Source of the DNA: a virus
IMG/VR virus record: IMGVR_UViG_3300025156_000428
Strand: one strand, 5' to 3'
DNA length: 39,641 nucleotides
Below, in pieces: positions 1 through 9,400 of this stretch (positions within the stretch are counted from its first letter, which is position 1; each line of letters begins with the position of its first letter). The notes beneath the pieces are model-generated. The model was not told the origin of the DNA, made no database searches, and was given only the letters and a program-made list of their open reading frames with translations. The position numbers and the translations under genes were made by a program.

Positions 1-99
1 CTTATATATCCCCCCCTCTTCCCTTTCTCCTCTTCCCATTCCCCATCCCACTTCTTCCAGATTACAGCATCTTCCAGATTAGACTACACCCACCCACCA

Positions 100-780
100 C
101 CCTAGGAGAGGAGGAAATGCAGATCTTTGGTTGTATGTGGAAATGCAGATTTGTTGTTTGTTTTTGTTTGTTTCTTTCAGCAGTATGTTTGTATGTATGC
201 AGTATGTATGCATTTGTTTCAGAATGTGAGAATGTGAGAGAAGAGAGAAGAGAGAAATGCATTTGTATTTGCTTTGTTTCTATGAAACAAACATTCTGCA
301 AATACATTTGCATATTTGCATACAGGAAATATTTGCATTCAATGAAAGAAGGAGAGAGAATGTGAGAAAGAAGGAAATTGTATTTGTATGTTCTTTGTTT
401 CCTTATTGCATACAGGAAAGAAGAGATTGTAACAAAAGAAAGAAGGAAATGTTTGTTTCTTTCACTATGACATTTGTATGCAAATAAAACAAACAAAGAA
501 AGAATGTAATGCTTTCTTTCACTAAAGGACAGAACCTAACATTTGCATATTACATTCTTTCATTGCATATTGTTCCTCTCACATTCAGAAGGAGTGAGAG
601 AAGAGAATGAAAGAAATTGTCTCATGAGAAGAGAGAAACAAACAAAACAAGGAAGGGGATTGTTTCTTTCACAATGATTTTGTCTTATTTGCATTTCACA
701 TCAACGAGAATCAACAAAGCACTCTGGCAAATATCACAAATCCTGCTGAATGTGTTTTGTTTGTCTATGACGATCTGAGG
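100..780. repeat. Patchwork of short direct and inverted repeats; candidate origin/control region
   Basis: Recurrent motifs in both orientations: TTTGTTTCTTTCA, ATTTGCAT/ATGCAAAT, ATTTGTAT, GAATGTGAGA, GAAAGAAGGAAAT, TTGCATACAGGAAA, GAAATGCAGAT; no credible ORF. Confidence 0.6.
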
Positions 781-927
781 TGCATTAGAGAGCAAAATTT
801 GGAAGGGATACTGCACTGCCTGCCCCTCCCCCATACCCCCACCCCAATATCGCCGCACACTCAGAATTGCAATTTCCTCTCATTTGCGAATAAATGGGCA
901 TAGACGAACAAAAGTCATCTCCAAGTA

Positions 928-1125
928 TCATAAGTCTTGCAGAAGGTGTTTCGTTCAATCTCGTTGATCTCAGGTGCAAATAAGGCGAAATTTTGGGATG
1001 GCAATTGCCCTGATTTTGGAAGTGCCAGAATCCCAGCTCTGTGATTGTTACCCATTTGGATAACACTCGCGCAGAAATGAACGAGAACAAATGGAAGGTC
1101 TCCACACGATTCATAAGTCTTGCAG
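928..1125 (+). repeat. 15-bp direct repeat TCATAAGTCTTGCAG (928-942, 1111-1125)
   Basis: Two exact copies 183 bp apart, with degenerate similarity extending upstream (GAACAAA...TCTCCA). Confidence 0.75.
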
Positions 1126-1316
1126 CACGAGTTTTGTTTGCGAGAGGTGTGTTTCTGTGCGTCTGAGGGGATTTTGTGAGTGAGCACATACCCCAGATTT
1201 TGGCACCTCACTTGTGGGAGATGGGAGGCAGGTTGAAAAAGTGTGAAATTGCACCTCTTGTTTTTGCCTCAGAAGGATAATTTTTTCTGAAAATAAAAGA
1301 GGAAATTCATACTATC

Positions 1317-1580
1317 TCACAAACTCTCAACTGCCTCAATCATATCAATCAATGCGAGTGCCTCTCCTGCTTTGTTGAGAAATAGCTCATTGAAGAATGG
1401 AATTGCTCTCTTTTCATCAGAGAGCCTTTTGAGAATGGAGGCAGTAATGCGCAAACGATGATGCAGAATTTTCAGTGCTGTTTTCTTTCCTTCATATCGC
1501 AGAATATGACGGATGTATGGATGCAGTTCTGTGACTGTGGTGAGATAACCACTCAAGATGAAAACAATTTCATTTTCCAT
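1317..1580 (-). CDS. Hypothetical protein, 87 aa
   Basis: ORF track; plausible amphipathic helical composition; on the genome's coding strand. Confidence 0.55.
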   Translation of the reverse strand: MENEIVFILSGYLTTVTELHPYIRHILRYEGKKTALKILHHRLRITASILKRLSDEKRAIPFFNELFLNKAGEALALIDMIEAVESL

Positions 1581-1607
1581 AATTCATCACTTTTTGGAAT
1601 TATTCAA

Positions 1608-1644
1608 AACAAAGAAATAGGAAAAAATAAAAGGGAAGAGGAAA
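1608..1644 (-). terminator. T-rich archaeal-type terminator after the basic-protein operon
   Basis: Minus strand reads TTTCCTCTTCCCTTTATTTTTTCCTATTTCTTTGTTT directly after the stop at 1645. Confidence 0.5.
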
Positions 1645-2031
1645 TTAGGCAACATTCATTGCTGTTGGCTCAACATCTGTCGTTCTGACAAATATCTTCA
1701 CTCTCCGAGCATCTCGTGGCAGCTCAACAATTTTTGTGTTTGTCACAGTTGCTCTTGACACTCTATATCGTGTTCTGCCTCTCCTTGCGGTGAATGCTCT
1801 GCGTGGATTTTCGTATGTGATTTTCAATCCATACACTCTTCTCCCAAATCGGTTTGTGAATCTTCCTCTCTCAATTTTTGTCACTGTCCCTGAAACATAC
1901 ACTCTCTTGACATGAGGTTTCCATCTCACCTTTCCTCCTCTTACTCTGTCTCTGCTTTCATAATAGACAAAAAGAGCTCTTGTTTTGCCTCTGTATTTTG
2001 CTGTTGTTGGTCTATATTTCATTTCATACAC
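1645..2031 (-). CDS. Very basic Arg-rich beta-strand protein, putative nucleic-acid binding, 128 aa
   Basis: GGAGGTG RBS; overlaps the upstream stop; R/K-rich (KRVYVSG...RFTNRFGRRVYG...TARRGRTRYRVSRA). Confidence 0.75.
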   Translation of the reverse strand: MYEMKYRPTTAKYRGKTRALFVYYESRDRVRGGKVRWKPHVKRVYVSGTVTKIERGRFTNRFGRRVYGLKITYENPRRAFTARRGRTRYRVSRATVTNTKIVELPRDARRVKIFVRTTDVEPTAMNVA

Positions 2032-2428
2032 CTCCCTTCAGATCACTTCTGTTCTGACGATATTCATAATACACCTTTCCACTTCTGCTGCTTCTTTTGC
2101 CAGGTGACAGTGCTTTTAGTTTCTTGTCTCGTGCAAGGTTTTTGCTTTTTCCTGTCTGGCGCTGAGCTGGTTTGATTGTTTTTCCAGTCTTTTTTCCTTT
2201 CTTTCTTTTGCTTCTTTTAACTGTTTTTCTGACATTTCTTTTATTTGTTTCTCTCAGAAAATCTTTGATGACTTTGATTTTTGTTCTTTCATATATGTTT
2301 AGAGGTGCTCTTTTTGCAATTCTTTCTAACTCTGCTCTTGTTAATCGTTTGATGAGCTGCTTTCCATGAAATTCACCAAGCTTCTCTGGAGGAATTTTCA
2401 TCAGTTCTTTTGTTGTTGTCATTTTCAC
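2024..2428 (-). CDS. Very basic Lys-rich protein, putative DNA-condensing, 134 aa
   Basis: KRSKRKKGKKTGK tract and C-terminal RDKKLKALSPGKRSSRSGKVYYEYRQNRSD; coupled to its neighbours. Confidence 0.75.
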   Translation of the reverse strand: MKMTTTKELMKIPPEKLGEFHGKQLIKRLTRAELERIAKRAPLNIYERTKIKVIKDFLRETNKRNVRKTVKRSKRKKGKKTGKTIKPAQRQTGKSKNLARDKKLKALSPGKRSSRSGKVYYEYRQNRSDLKGGV

Positions 2429-2748
2429 CCAATTCTCTCATCATACTTCTTTCCACTGATGCCCAATTTCTCCAATTGTCTGTTGGCTACTCTCGCTGTC
2501 TTTGCATATTCTCTCTTTGCAGCACTTCTCATCTTTGTCAGCTTTCCTCTGAATGCATTTCTCCATGCAGGAGAGAAGGTGAGAGTGTAGAGGTATAGGG
2601 AGCGGCGGACAAGCTCAGTGATTCTGGCTCTGGTCTTTGCTCTCTTGATTTGCTCTCTGATATGACAGTTGATTGCTCTGATGTCTTTGATAGATTCAAC
2701 TGTACCATAGATGTGGTGTTTACTCCTTTTCAAGACAGGACACTTCAT
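2425..2748 (-). CDS. Basic alpha-helical protein, putative DNA-binding, ~107 aa
   Basis: GGAGGTGA RBS upstream of ATG 2748; R/K-rich helices. Confidence 0.75.
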   Translation of the reverse strand: MKCPVLKRSKHHIYGTVESIKDIRAINCHIREQIKRAKTRARITELVRRSLYLYTLTFSPAWRNAFRGKLTKMRSAAKREYAKTARVANRQLEKLGISGKKYDERIG

Positions 2749-2753
2749 AAGAA

Positions 2754-2831
2754 TCACCTCCTTCTTCTTACTCTTCTTGTTCTCTTCTTCCTACCACCCC
2801 TCCTTCTTCTTGTTCTTTTTCTTCTTGCCAT
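2754..2831 (-). CDS. Protamine-like 25-aa peptide MARRKRTRRRRGGRKKRTRRVRRRR (absent from ORF track)
   Basis: Hand-translated ATG(2831) to TGA(2754); preceded by GGAGGTGAGAAA; its last codons and stop form the RBS of the next gene; 18 of 25 residues are R/K. Confidence 0.8.
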   Translation of the reverse strand: MARRKRTRRRRGGRKKRTRRVRRRR

Positions 2832-2835
2832 TTTC

Positions 2836-2967
2836 TCACCTCCTTTTTCTCTTTGATTTTGGTGAGATGAGGTAGCGTTTACATACAGGGCATTCCTTTG
2901 GCTTCTCCACTCTTGGCATCCATTCATACCCGCAGTGCGGGCATCTCACGCGCCTCATTTTCATCAT
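2836..2967 (-). CDS. Small C4 zinc-finger protein, 43 aa (absent from ORF track)
   Basis: Hand translation MMKMRRVRCPHCGYEWMPRVEKPKECPVCKRYLISPKSKRKRR; CxxC-x13-CxxC pattern typical of small archaeal virus zinc fingers. Confidence 0.8.
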   Translation of the reverse strand: MMKMRRVRCPHCGYEWMPRVEKPKECPVCKRYLISPKSKRKRR

Positions 2968-2980
2968 CCTCCATTTGTCA

Positions 2981-3010
2981 TTATTATATTAATAATATTA
3001 TATAATTATC
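2981..3010 (-). promoter_or_regulatory. AT-only promoter/operator region for the basic-protein operon
   Basis: Minus strand GATAATTATATAATATTATTAATATAATAA with a TATA-like TTATATA about 35 nt upstream of the first ATG. Confidence 0.55.
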
Positions 3011-3119
3011 TCCCCCCAACAAAACCTCACGCATAAATGGACATAGACAAACAAAATGAGAGGGGGAAGTGTTGGGATACTTGACAGGCAAGTTTTGTTT
3101 GTTCTCGTTGATTTCTACG

Positions 3120-3320
3120 TTAGTCAATTGGGATGCCCACTTTCTGTTCTATGACTTCAATGGTCTTTCTCACACCTTGCACGAGATTGCCTCTGCCTCG
3201 TCGCCAGCGGAAGATCACCTTTCCTGTTTCCTCGTCTCGGATGACAACCTCAATTGAGTATGGCACATTTGCCTTTTCCAACACTTCTTCAATTTCCTCT
3301 CTTCTCATTTTCATTTCCAT
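3120..3320 (-). CDS. Hypothetical protein, 66 aa
   Basis: ORF track; GAGGTGA RBS; charged composition. Confidence 0.65.
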   Translation of the reverse strand: MEMKMRREEIEEVLEKANVPYSIEVVIRDEETGKVIFRWRRGRGNLVQGVRKTIEVIEQKVGIPID

Positions 3321-3327
3321 TTTCTCA

Positions 3328-3531
3328 TCACCTCAGAAGTGAGACAATACCAACTATCACCATCACAAAGAACAGTAATACAGCAACATAAGGCAGCACT
3401 GTTGTGAGAGCAGGAATTGTCGCAGAAACATTTGTTGTGGTTGTTGGTATCTCTTCCCATCCTGCTGAAAGGAAGAAGACTGCCATTGCTGCTATTATTA
3501 CCAATATTAGTGCACTAATCATGTTCATCAC
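3328..3531 (-). CDS. Small two-TM protein, capsid-like hairpin (putative minor virion protein)
   Basis: Two hydrophobic helices separated by a Thr-rich loop PTTTTNVS that contains an N-glycosylation sequon. Confidence 0.7.
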   Translation of the reverse strand: MMNMISALILVIIAAMAVFFLSAGWEEIPTTTTNVSATIPALTTVLPYVAVLLFFVMVIVGIVSLLR

Positions 3532-4115
3532 AACTCACCTCCTTCCCAATTCCAAAAATCTTGTTCCCATTTTGGCTTCTTTTTCAGATTTGTGACAGAG
3601 ATTTTTAACACCTCCATTATCAACAATATGAAAGTTATGACAAATACAAACAACAAAAGATATGACAGTGGTGCAGCATAATAGATGCTGTATTTGTATG
3701 TGAATGCTGTGAATATGAGTGAGAAGATGGATGTGATGATCCTTGTTGTGGAGGTTGTTGCAAATACAATCATCAGCAGTGAGAAGGTGATCAGGAGGAG
3801 TATCATGAAAAATGAGAACGGTGGAAGTGTTTGTGCAATGTCAACTGCATAATCACTCTCATTTGAACAATTTACCACTTTTATCATGTGCAGCTCATTT
3901 TCATTGATGTTGCTCAGCAGATATTCTCCTGATGGTGAAGTGGATGTGAGAGCCTGCTCTCCATCAATACTTACATTCACAGCACTGCAATTCTCACAGT
4001 TCCATTTCCACAGAATGTATGTGGAACCCAGTTCCTTTTCAATTGTTATGGATGCTGCTGCACATTGTGAGAGGATGATGAATGCAGTGATAATGGCAAG
4101 AATCATTTTTCTCAT
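3528..4115 (-). CDS. Membrane protein with signal peptide, beta-rich ectodomain and 3 C-terminal TMs, 195 aa
   Basis: N-terminal signal (MRKMILAIITAFIILSQCAAA), NxS/T sequons, hydrophobic C-terminus. Confidence 0.75.
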   Translation of the reverse strand: MRKMILAIITAFIILSQCAAASITIEKELGSTYILWKWNCENCSAVNVSIDGEQALTSTSPSGEYLLSNINENELHMIKVVNCSNESDYAVDIAQTLPPFSFFMILLLITFSLLMIVFATTSTTRIITSIFSLIFTAFTYKYSIYYAAPLSYLLLFVFVITFILLIMEVLKISVTNLKKKPKWEQDFWNWEGGEL

Positions 4116-5365
4116 TCTCTACCACCTCCTCTCATAATAAGAATTATGACAATGGCAAATATGATCCCCGCTCCAAGTCCTAACACGAGTCCTTCATCCA
4201 TACTGTCTTTTTTCCTTTCTTCTTGCATTTCAATGATTACCTCTTCTCCTCCCCCTTCCTCCTCTTTTTCTGTGAGAGAAATTTCCCAGTCAATCGGTTT
4301 TGTTGGAGTGAACTGAATTTGATATGTTTCATATCCTTCTTTCTCCACAAAAAGAGTATGTGGTGAATAGTCGGTGAATGAAGGCTTATAATATCCTCTT
4401 GTTATGATTTGTTCTGGAATTTGTCCATTTACATCTGTGATTTTTTCAAATATCAGATTGTTATTTTTGTCATATACCTTCACAGTTGCACCACCAATTG
4501 GATTTCCATTTTTATCAACAACTTTCAGGTTGAATGTGTATTGGCGATAAATTTTTCCACTGCTCCATATGAGAACAACACCCCAACCACATTCTGTATC
4601 AATTGCATATAGCTCACCATCAAACATGAAGCCATAGAAATCAGTGTCCACATTCAGCATTTTGTAGTTTCTGATAGTTATTGTATCATCTATCAAGCTG
4701 AGCTCCACTCCTCTTTCACAGTCAGATATCATCACATCATCTGCATATGTCGGAGACATAAGAGGGCCTTTTGAAGATGATTGCCAGTTTGTTCTGTAAA
4801 TATCAACAGGTAGAACCTGACCATAGATGGCTGTGTGTATTATGTTACAGTTCCAAATTTTATGTCCGCTTCCCGCCGTTGTCACATAAAGCACAGTTGA
4901 GGTTTTTGCTGTGATTGTTGTTGAGTATAATTCCAGAGTTCCTTCCTGAATATCAATGATGTTCTTTTTATTTGATGTTGTATAGAGATAGCAACCATCT
5001 TTTGTTGTTCTCTTCTCTTCGTCAACTACCTTGCCAAGTCTTAGGTGTCCATATTTTTTGATTATTATGAAATCACCATTGACTGTATGTGAGATTGATT
5101 TGTTTGCATCAATGAGCCAGGCCTCATGACTTCCATCTCCAATCTGAAGTTTGCACCTGAATTCGTATTGGTTATCATCTTGCTTATCTACAACATTCCA
5201 TCCATTAGAAACATCAGCTTGATAAATATCCTCAAATGTGCATGGTGAACTCTCAGGGAAATCTGAGATGATTATTGTGCCGCTACTGTATGTGATACTA
5301 CCTGCTTTACAGATTCCACCGGTAAATAAAAGAAAAGCAATTATCAGAAATATTCTCTTCATCAT
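4112..5365 (-). CDS. Surface protein: beta-helix-like region, carboxypeptidase-regulatory-like Ig domain, C-terminal TM anchor, 417 aa
   Basis: Signal peptide; FNLKVVDKNGNPIGGATVKVYD...TDVNG motif; acidic linker; terminal TM followed by a basic residue. Confidence 0.7.
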   Translation of the reverse strand: MMKRIFLIIAFLLFTGGICKAGSITYSSGTIIISDFPESSPCTFEDIYQADVSNGWNVVDKQDDNQYEFRCKLQIGDGSHEAWLIDANKSISHTVNGDFIIIKKYGHLRLGKVVDEEKRTTKDGCYLYTTSNKKNIIDIQEGTLELYSTTITAKTSTVLYVTTAGSGHKIWNCNIIHTAIYGQVLPVDIYRTNWQSSSKGPLMSPTYADDVMISDCERGVELSLIDDTITIRNYKMLNVDTDFYGFMFDGELYAIDTECGWGVVLIWSSGKIYRQYTFNLKVVDKNGNPIGGATVKVYDKNNNLIFEKITDVNGQIPEQIITRGYYKPSFTDYSPHTLFVEKEGYETYQIQFTPTKPIDWEISLTEKEEEGGGEEVIIEMQEERKKDSMDEGLVLGLGAGIIFAIVIILIMRGGGRE

Positions 5366-5366
5366 A

Positions 5367-6014
5367 TCACCTCCTTGCTTTTATCACAGTGTATAACATT
5401 CCTGCAATTGACACCACTAAGAGTGTGTATGCAATGTGTTGCGCAGAAGGTGGAAGCATTACTATCAGAGCACTACCACAAATCATTCCAATGATTGATG
5501 GTAGTGTGACATCCTCCTGTCTGATCCAGTATGCGAGGAAGATTCCACCAAAGAACATTGCCCAGAATATGTCTGTGAGAAGGGTTGTGTAGATGGAAGG
5601 AATGGTAGTGGAGAGTTTGGAGATGTTGAGTATGTCAGCGCCTTGCATGAGCTCATCATATTGTGATGTAAAATTCTTTTTCTCCAAATCAACGCTCTTC
5701 TCAGATGAGAAATTAAGCACAGAAGTGCAATTTGCATTGTCACATGCTTTCACATAATATGTTGTGTTTTGTTTGATGAATAGTGCTGTGATTGTATATG
5801 TGCCATTTCCCTGATGAGAATATGCGTATGAAAATGTCTGAGGAGAGGTGCCAATGAAAATGTAACCACTACTGGTGGCGTTGGCAATCTTGATTTTAAT
5901 GACTGATGATGACGGAGTGGAGATTTTTGTGATATTGATTGCCTGCGCTGTCATTATGAGAGATGCAAATGCAAGAAAAATGCAAACTCCTTTCCACCAT
6001 CTTCTTCTCCACAT
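5367..6014 (-). CDS. Virion membrane protein (signal peptide, Ig/FN3-like ectodomain, 3 C-terminal TMs), 215 aa
   Basis: Hydrophobicity pattern, multiple sequons, YYVKACD beta-strand. Confidence 0.7.
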   Translation of the reverse strand: MWRRRWWKGVCIFLAFASLIMTAQAINITKISTPSSSVIKIKIANATSSGYIFIGTSPQTFSYAYSHQGNGTYTITALFIKQNTTYYVKACDNANCTSVLNFSSEKSVDLEKKNFTSQYDELMQGADILNISKLSTTIPSIYTTLLTDIFWAMFFGGIFLAYWIRQEDVTLPSIIGMICGSALIVMLPPSAQHIAYTLLVVSIAGMLYTVIKARR

Positions 6015-6021
6015 TTTTTCC

Positions 6022-6399
6022 TCACTCCATATATTTCACACTCCTTCCACTAAGGAATTGTATTAGTGCCCACATATATACCAGATACACCACTCCCTGA
6101 AGGAGAAGGGCAATCTCACCAGGAACACCAAGTGTGTTTGTGAGTGGGAAATAGATGGCAACAATGGCAACAATCATTGTGAAGAACATTGTGACGGCTC
6201 TGAATAGCAAATCAGTTGCAAGCATGATCTGGTCAAAAATTGATTGATTCTGTGTTTCATTCTCAATTGTGTGCAAATCCCATTGCGTATCAACCGCAGA
6301 AGGATCAACATATGTGGTTGAGAAAACATCTATTGCTGCTACAAATCCGATTGATGCTTCCAAACATACAAGAAAAAGGAGAATATCATATGCTCTCAT
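6022..6399 (-). CDS. Membrane protein, 125 aa (putative virion component)
   Basis: Three hydrophobic segments; GGAGGTG RBS. Confidence 0.7.
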   Translation of the reverse strand: MRAYDILLFLVCLEASIGFVAAIDVFSTTYVDPSAVDTQWDLHTIENETQNQSIFDQIMLATDLLFRAVTMFFTMIVAIVAIYFPLTNTLGVPGEIALLLQGVVYLVYMWALIQFLSGRSVKYME

Positions 6400-6400
6400 T

Positions 6401-9400
6401 TCACACTCCCACCTCCTTCTCCCTCTTGCTCATGTATGCCAGAATTCCAAGACAGAGTGCAATGATGATTATGCTCATGTTTGGTAGCCATCCGATATAT
6501 GCGAAAATGAGTGCAAAGATTGGAATGACAATGTATCCAAACTTCACCGTTATGAATGAGAACAATGCAGTAAGGAACATTAGCAGGGCAACTGCAATCC
6601 ATACACAATATTGTTGGTCAATTCCGATGTCAAGCCACCATTGAATTGTGATTATCCTGTTCCTTGCTACCGTGCCAAATTTGGAATGATAGGCACTGAA
6701 TCCCCACAGATACTCTTCTCCTGCTTTGTATGGCACTATGTAATGAGTTGAGATGTTTGACTGATTCGTGAAATTCTGCATGTAGAGGAGTGTTGTTGAG
6801 TTGTAAACATAGAAGGTGAGATTTTGTGTTTGATTCAGCAAATCATTGTAAACGAGGGAGAGATTGAGCTCATCATCTTCCTTCTCGTATGAGAGGTTGA
6901 ATTTCACATAGTCTTCTGACTTCAGCGTTTCTGTGCCAGCTCCTGTGATGATAATGCGGTAATAGTCTGATTTTGGATAGATGCGCATTGTTTCATTGAT
7001 TCCATTTCCTTGCACCTTCACCTCATACTCCACATTTTCCATCATTACCATTGTGCAGGCTCCTCGTGAGTCTGTGGTGCAATTGATTGTTTGATTCTCA
7101 TAATAGATTGCGCTCTCATTTCTCAGTCCAAATAAGGAGAAGAGCCAGTCCCAGCTCCCTGTGGTTGTTGAGAGAGGAGTTGCTGTGATTTGCACATTTG
7201 TGTATGGATTGCCAAAGACATTGACAACTTGGAACTCAACTTGGTGTGGTGGATATGAGATACCAACACCTTCTCCGCCTGCTGCTTCTGCTGAAAATGG
7301 AGTGAGATATGCTGTATAGTTTTTGCTCTCTAAGACGGCAACATAATCAAGTGAGCTGTAATAACCATCAGCACTCACCTCAACTTTATGGATGCCATAG
7401 TCAACTGTGAATGTCACACTGCCATTTTCTGTCTCAGCCATTCTGTTATCATCCAATACCACCTTAAAATCAGTGATTGTTGCATGTGTTGATGCATCTT
7501 TCGCCTTTACTGTGAGTGTGAGGATTGGATACAAAAGTATGTAGACATATTCAACCTCTGTTGGATCAACTGTGACTGTGAGTGGATCACATGGTTTGTA
7601 TCCCTCCTTTGAGGCATTGAGTGTGAATGTTGTTGTCAGATATCGTTCATAGTCAATGTGATATTCTGTATGATTGCTCATATTTCCTCCTTCAAGCACC
7701 TTAATTTTTCCATTGATATAATCAATCTCATAATCAGTTCCACGAATGTATGGAGTTTCATCACTCAGGTTTGTAACTCTCTCAGTGTTTGCTGCAATGC
7801 CATTATGTGAGAGCAGAACCCATGTGTCATACTCGGAGGAGTTGAAAGTTTCGTTGATCACATTCTCAGTGTCCATACTTTCATTGTCAAGTAACAGCTC
7901 AAAGTATCCATGAGCATTTGTTTGGAGTGTTGTATTCCATCCTGTCTCACTTTCTATGAATATGGTTGCATTTGACACATTCTGGAAGGTTGGAAATGAT
8001 TGCACCAATCCAACAATCGCTGGTGAATTGTTGAGTGTTGGTATCAGGAACAAATCTGTTCTGTAATATCCTGTGATGATTGGTGTGAATGTGAAATTGT
8101 TATGCACAAAACCTTCCTTTGATGCATTTACTCTGATTGGTTCGTCTGCTTCATAACCTCCAAACTCATATTCAGCAGTTGTTGAGTTTGTCAGTCCTTC
8201 ATTTGAGGTGCCTGTTGTTGGCTGCTCTACTTTCACATATGTCTCTGGGAGAATTGTCATATTCCTTGCATTATAGCTCACTCCACCGACTTTCACCTCC
8301 TCTGCGACAACAGCAGTATCGTATGCTTCTTCCCATTCAAATCCTGTGTCTTTCTCAGTGATTTTGAGAACTGCATAATAGACTCCCTCACTGAGAGATG
8401 AGGTCTCAACTTCTTCTGTGTGTTGTTGAGATTTGATTGTCCACTCCTTCAGAATGTTTCCATAGATGTCCATTATTACTCCTTTGTAAATGAGATCAGC
8501 ACTCATGTCTGATATGTTTGATGTCACTCTCATAATCTCTCCTTTTGCATAATTCTCCTTGTCAAATGTGATTGTGCCTTGTGTTCCAATTTCAGCAGTC
8601 ACAAAGTCATAAAAGAAATAATCTCTTGTCAGCACTTCATCATCTCGTTTCAGCTCTGCGACATACAATCCATATGCATCATTTCGTGGATCATCACTGA
8701 AGAATGTTTCTGAGATGTTAATTGCATAAATTCCCCAATATGGATCAATTGAGTCCTCAACCACAACCTTTCCTGTGCTGAGATGCTTCACAAGAATTTT
8801 GTTTGCTGGTGTATCAATCCATCCTCCACTTACATAGAGAATGTTCATATGAGATGAGTTTTTGGTATAACCATCTTTATCAATAACACCACTTCCTGCT
8901 GGAGAGTCCCAGTTTCTCACAACTTTCCAGTCATATGGGATGACATCAATGATATGTGCTTTGTAGTTTGTGGCAGCTGCAAAGTATGATGTGCTGCTGT
9001 GAATCCAATCACCTGTTGCTTTATATTCAATTTTAATCTTGTATATCTTTCCTGTCTTTTGACAGATCTCTCCTTTATATGTTCCATTGAGATACCATGC
9101 AATAGAATTTCCACTTTTCACTATTTCAATTCTTCCAAACTCGTTCTTTGGCAAATCTTTATAACAAGTGCCACTACCTTCTATAAATAACCAACATCGT
9201 ATATAGTTTGGTGTGTATCCACTTCTCTCAAGATGAACAAATGACCAGTAATTAGAGGGCATTCCATTCCTTCTTTCCACCTCCACTTCTCCAGAAGAAT
9301 GGCCAGTCAGATAAAGCGTGTGAATATCTCCTCTTCGTGTAGTAACGCCATGACCAGCATAATATTGAAATGTGCAAACCCAATCACCAAGCCCATCATG

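Noticed and set aside
62-496. Cys-rich ORFs 62-496(-), 117-365(+), 257-487(+)
   Set aside because: Composition reflects the low-complexity repeats. 117-365 has an RBS-like GGAGG but lies on the non-coding strand with no recognisable motif.
100-780. CRISPR or mini-CRISPR array
   Set aside because: The repeats are short, irregularly spaced and in both orientations; there is no constant repeat-unique spacer periodicity.
785-1211. ORFs 785-1189 and 915-1211
   Set aside because: No clear RBS, atypical composition and mutually overlapping; probably non-coding.
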